Origin: a virus
Lineage: Duplodnaviria; Heunggongvirae; Uroviricota; Caudoviricetes
Length of the DNA stretch: 8,788 nt
Strand: one strand, 5' to 3'
Virus record (IMG/VR): IMGVR_UViG_2698536657_000019
The translations under genes were made by a program, and so were the position numbers. Shown here one piece after another: positions 6,778 to 8,788 of the stretch. The notes beneath the pieces were generated by a model. The model was not told the origin of the DNA and searched no databases. It worked only from the letters and a program-made list of their open reading frames with translations. Within the stretch, counting starts at the first letter, position 1. Each line of letters begins with the position of its first letter.

Positions 6778-6884
6778 CTGGTATCCTCCGTTATTGGTGC
6801 TATTTCTATTTAGCACCAGTTAGAGCCGCCTAGATTGTCTCTAGGTGTGTTTGTTGATGTATAAACTAAGAGAGTTAACTCACT
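6778..6884. promoter_or_regulatory. immunity switch region between cox and the repressor, with operator-like repeats
   Basis: 107-bp intergenic region between divergent cox and C. Perfect inverted repeat TGGTGCTA-N8-TAGCACCA (6795..6818), CCTAGA-N5-TCTAGG (6829..6845), TAG motifs phased at about 10 bp (6811, 6821, 6831, 6842), and a -10-like TATAAA (6860..6865) upstream of C. Confidence 0.6.
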
Positions 6885-7184
6885 ATGTCAACTAACGTAG
6901 GTGAAAAAATTAGAATCATGCGTAAGTCTGAAATGCTTACACAAGAAAAAATGGCTGAAATTACAGGGCTCACGGTAGCGGCCCTGCGTCAATATGAACA
7001 GGGGAGAAATGAGCCAAATCTTGAATCCACAAAAAAGCTGCTCAAGTCTCCCGTCTTCCGTAAATACCGTGACTGGTTTTTGTTCGATGAGGTCGAACCA
7101 AAGGCCGGGCAGGTGGTACCGGCTCTCGCACACATTGGGCAAAGCGAAGCGGAATCATCCCACTCCGGCAAGAAGACTGGTTAA
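6885..7184 (+). CDS. C: P2 C-type immunity repressor (XRE-like HTH), 99 aa
   Basis: 99 aa, HTH segment LTQEKMAEITGLTVAALRQYEQG, C-terminus APALAHIGQSE...SHSGKKTG resembling P2 C as remembered. Lies immediately upstream of and co-oriented with int. Confidence 0.8.
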   Translation: MSTNVGEKIRIMRKSEMLTQEKMAEITGLTVAALRQYEQGRNEPNLESTKKLLKSPVFRKYRDWFLFDEVEPKAGQVVPALAHIGQSEAESSHSGKKTG

Positions 7185-7250
7185 CGGTCCATCTGGCCTT
7201 TATTTCTCAAAATTGTGATCAAGATGATGTTTTCATTGGGGGGCTTCCTT

Positions 7251-8246
7251 ATGTCGATTAAGAAGCTCGCTGATGGCAAATACTGTGTGGACGTGCGGCC
7301 TGCTGGATCTGAAGGAAGAAGATTTCGGCGGCGATTTCCTACCCGTGGTGAAGCGGCGATGTATGAACGCCATGTTCTGACGCATTATCACGATAAGGAC
7401 TGGGTCGAAAAACCTATTGAACGTAAAGCGTTAAGCGATCTTCTGGAACTGTGGTGGGTGTACCACGGTAAGAATCATCGTTATGGCGCGATGAATCGGG
7501 TCAGAATTGAAGCGGTTCTTCGTGATATGCAAGAGCTTGGTATTAACAGAAGTGACCACTTAACCCGAAAAAATATTATCAGATATCGCCTTGAATTAAT
7601 GAATCGCGGAATTAAGCAGTCAACGGTAAATCGTTATTGTGCAATGATGAGCGGTTTCTTTGAAAAGCTGATTGATGTTGAAGAGTTTGTGGGTGATAAC
7701 CCGTTTCACGAGATACGCAAGCTAACAATTAATCAGCCGGAAATGGCTTATCTTGCACATGATGATATTCCCAGGCTAACCGCACTTTTATCTGGCGATA
7801 ATCTTAAGGCTGTATTGTTAAGCCTGGCTACAGGCGGGCGCTGGGGTGAAGTTGCCAATATTAAAGGTGAACACATAATTGGTGGGAAGGTTATTTTCAT
7901 GGAGACAAAGAATGGATCGCGGCGGGTTATTCCTATAGCTAAAGATCTTGAATCTCTGATTAAAGTCAAAGCGACGGGAAGATTAATGAACCCCAGTTAT
8001 GCGATAGTCAGAAGTGCAATAAGGACTGTGCGGCCTGATTTACCAGTCGGTCAGTCTGTGCATGTTTTACGGCACACATTCGCAACTCATTTCATGATAA
8101 ATGGAGGGAACATTATTACCCTTCAGCGTATTTTAGGGCACAGCACAATTCAGCAGACAATGACCTATGCGCACTTTGCACCTGATTATCTCCAGGACGC
8201 GGTAAGGTTCAATCCGGTTGCGGAGTTGTCCAGATTTTGCCCATAA
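7251..8246 (+). CDS. int: P2-like tyrosine integrase, 331 aa
   Basis: N-terminus MSIKKLADGKYCVDVRPAG parallels P2 Int. Catalytic motifs TGGRWGE, HVLRHTFATHF, LGHSTIQQTMTYAHF (Tyr nucleophile). Start moved from the ORF-track GTG 7215 to ATG 7251. Confidence 0.9.
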   Translation: MSIKKLADGKYCVDVRPAGSEGRRFRRRFPTRGEAAMYERHVLTHYHDKDWVEKPIERKALSDLLELWWVYHGKNHRYGAMNRVRIEAVLRDMQELGINRSDHLTRKNIIRYRLELMNRGIKQSTVNRYCAMMSGFFEKLIDVEEFVGDNPFHEIRKLTINQPEMAYLAHDDIPRLTALLSGDNLKAVLLSLATGGRWGEVANIKGEHIIGGKVIFMETKNGSRRVIPIAKDLESLIKVKATGRLMNPSYAIVRSAIRTVRPDLPVGQSVHVLRHTFATHFMINGGNIITLQRILGHSTIQQTMTYAHFAPDYLQDAVRFNPVAELSRFCP

Positions 8247-8336
8247 ACGGGGACTAAATGGCACTATTCCGAACTACTTTGAACTCGTAACTATTTGATA
8301 TATAAAGGGGGATAGCGATACGCGCTACCCCCTTAT

Positions 8337-8363
8337 GCCACCTTCGGGTGGCGTTGTTTTATG
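8337..8363 (+). terminator. rho-independent terminator downstream of int
   Basis: GCCACC-TTCG-GGTGGC hairpin (8337..8352) followed by GTTGTTTTATG. Preceded by a second imperfect 12-bp hairpin at 8305..8334. Confidence 0.55.
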
Positions 8364-8494
8364 CGATGTATCTCGCGATTTTTTTTTGTAACTTTTCCAT
8401 CTTTTGCTTTTCTCTCCGAGCCGCTTTCCATATCTGCAATCGCATAAAAAACTCTGCTGGCGTTCACAAATGTGCAGGGGTAAAACGTTTCCTG

Positions 8495-8536
8495 TAGCAC
8501 CGTGAGTTATACTTTGTATAACTTAAGGAGGTGCAG
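8495..8536 (+). promoter_or_regulatory. chpS promoter/operator region with SD
   Basis: Perfect inverted repeat AGTTATAC-TTT-GTATAACT (8505..8523) overlapping a -10-like TATACT (8508..8513). SD AAGGAGG (8525..8531) 5 nt before ATG 8537. Confidence 0.4.
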
Positions 8537-8788
8537 ATGCGTATTACCATAAAAAGATGGGGGAACAGTGCAGGTATGGTCATTCCCAATATCGTAATGA
8601 AAGAACTTAACTTACAGCCGGGGCAGAGCGTGGAAGCGCAGGTGAGCAACAACCAACTGATTCTGACACCCATCTCCAGGCGCTACTCGCTTGATGAACT
8701 GCTGGCACAGTGTGACATGAACGCCGCGGAACTTAGCGAGCAGGATGTCTGGGGTAAATCCACCCCTGCGGGTGACGAAATATGGTAA
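8537..8788 (+). CDS. chpS: ChpS (ChpBI) antitoxin, MazE/AbrB-fold, 83 aa
   Basis: Translation MRITIKRWGNSAGMVIPNIVMKELNLQPGQ... matches E. coli ChpS as remembered. Its stop overlaps an ATG at 8783 (ATGGTAA) that would begin chpB (MV...), cut off by the window end. Confidence 0.9.
   Translation: MRITIKRWGNSAGMVIPNIVMKELNLQPGQSVEAQVSNNQLILTPISRRYSLDELLAQCDMNAAELSEQDVWGKSTPAGDEIW

Larger units (their letters stand above)
1..8300. mobile_element. P2-like prophage segment, integrase-proximal end; left end runs beyond the window, right boundary approximate
   Basis: Contiguous int, C-type repressor and cox-like immunity cassette in P2 order and orientation, followed by a packed early operon with ATGA start/stop overlaps. 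A host gene (chpS) starts about 290 bp past the int stop. Confidence 0.7.

Noticed and set aside
6888-7218. Three ORFs inside or antisense to the repressor gene (6888..7142 -, 6989..7171 -, 6994..7218 +)
   Set aside because: All overlap the 99-aa C repressor, which has a clear HTH and the expected position. Treated as shadow ORFs.
7215-7250. Longer integrase start (GTG 7215, or ATG 7224)
   Set aside because: The extra residues (MIKMMFSLGGFL) have no counterpart in P2 Int, which aligns from MSIKKL at ATG 7251. That ATG has a G-rich SD-like element upstream.
8531-8536. GTG start for chpS two codons upstream (MQMRIT...)
   Set aside because: Known ChpS begins MRITIKRW, and the SD AAGGAGG is spaced correctly for ATG 8537.
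1-8788. CRISPR arrays, IS elements or transposase genes, rRNA/tRNA genes, LexA boxes
   Set aside because: No regularly spaced direct repeats, no transposase-like ORF or terminal inverted repeats, no rRNA-like sequence, and no convincing CTGT-N8-ACAG site found by eye. A computational scan would be needed to exclude them fully.

Overview
This window looks like the integrase-proximal end of a P2-like temperate prophage, abutting the host chpS-chpB toxin-antitoxin locus (chpS at 8537..8788, chpB start at the window edge). The prophage part carries a tyrosine integrase (7251..8246), a P2 C-type repressor (6885..7184), a divergent Cox-like gene (6352..6777) and a packed minus-strand early operon. 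That operon includes a DnaQ-like 3'-5' exonuclease, a Dam-family N6-adenine methyltransferase with a Cys-rich tail, a probable DUF4406-like protein and many small unknown ORFs. Three things interrupt the operon and are the best candidates for accessory or novel cargo: an AT-rich opposite-strand 145-aa gene next to the immunity region (5833..6270), an AT-rich island with small hydrophobic peptides (4682..5021), and a convergent putative membrane protein (1390..1854). A G9 homopolymer sits at a frame junction just upstream of the methylase. All homology calls are from reading motifs and remembered reference sequences; no database search was run, and no known defence system was recognised.
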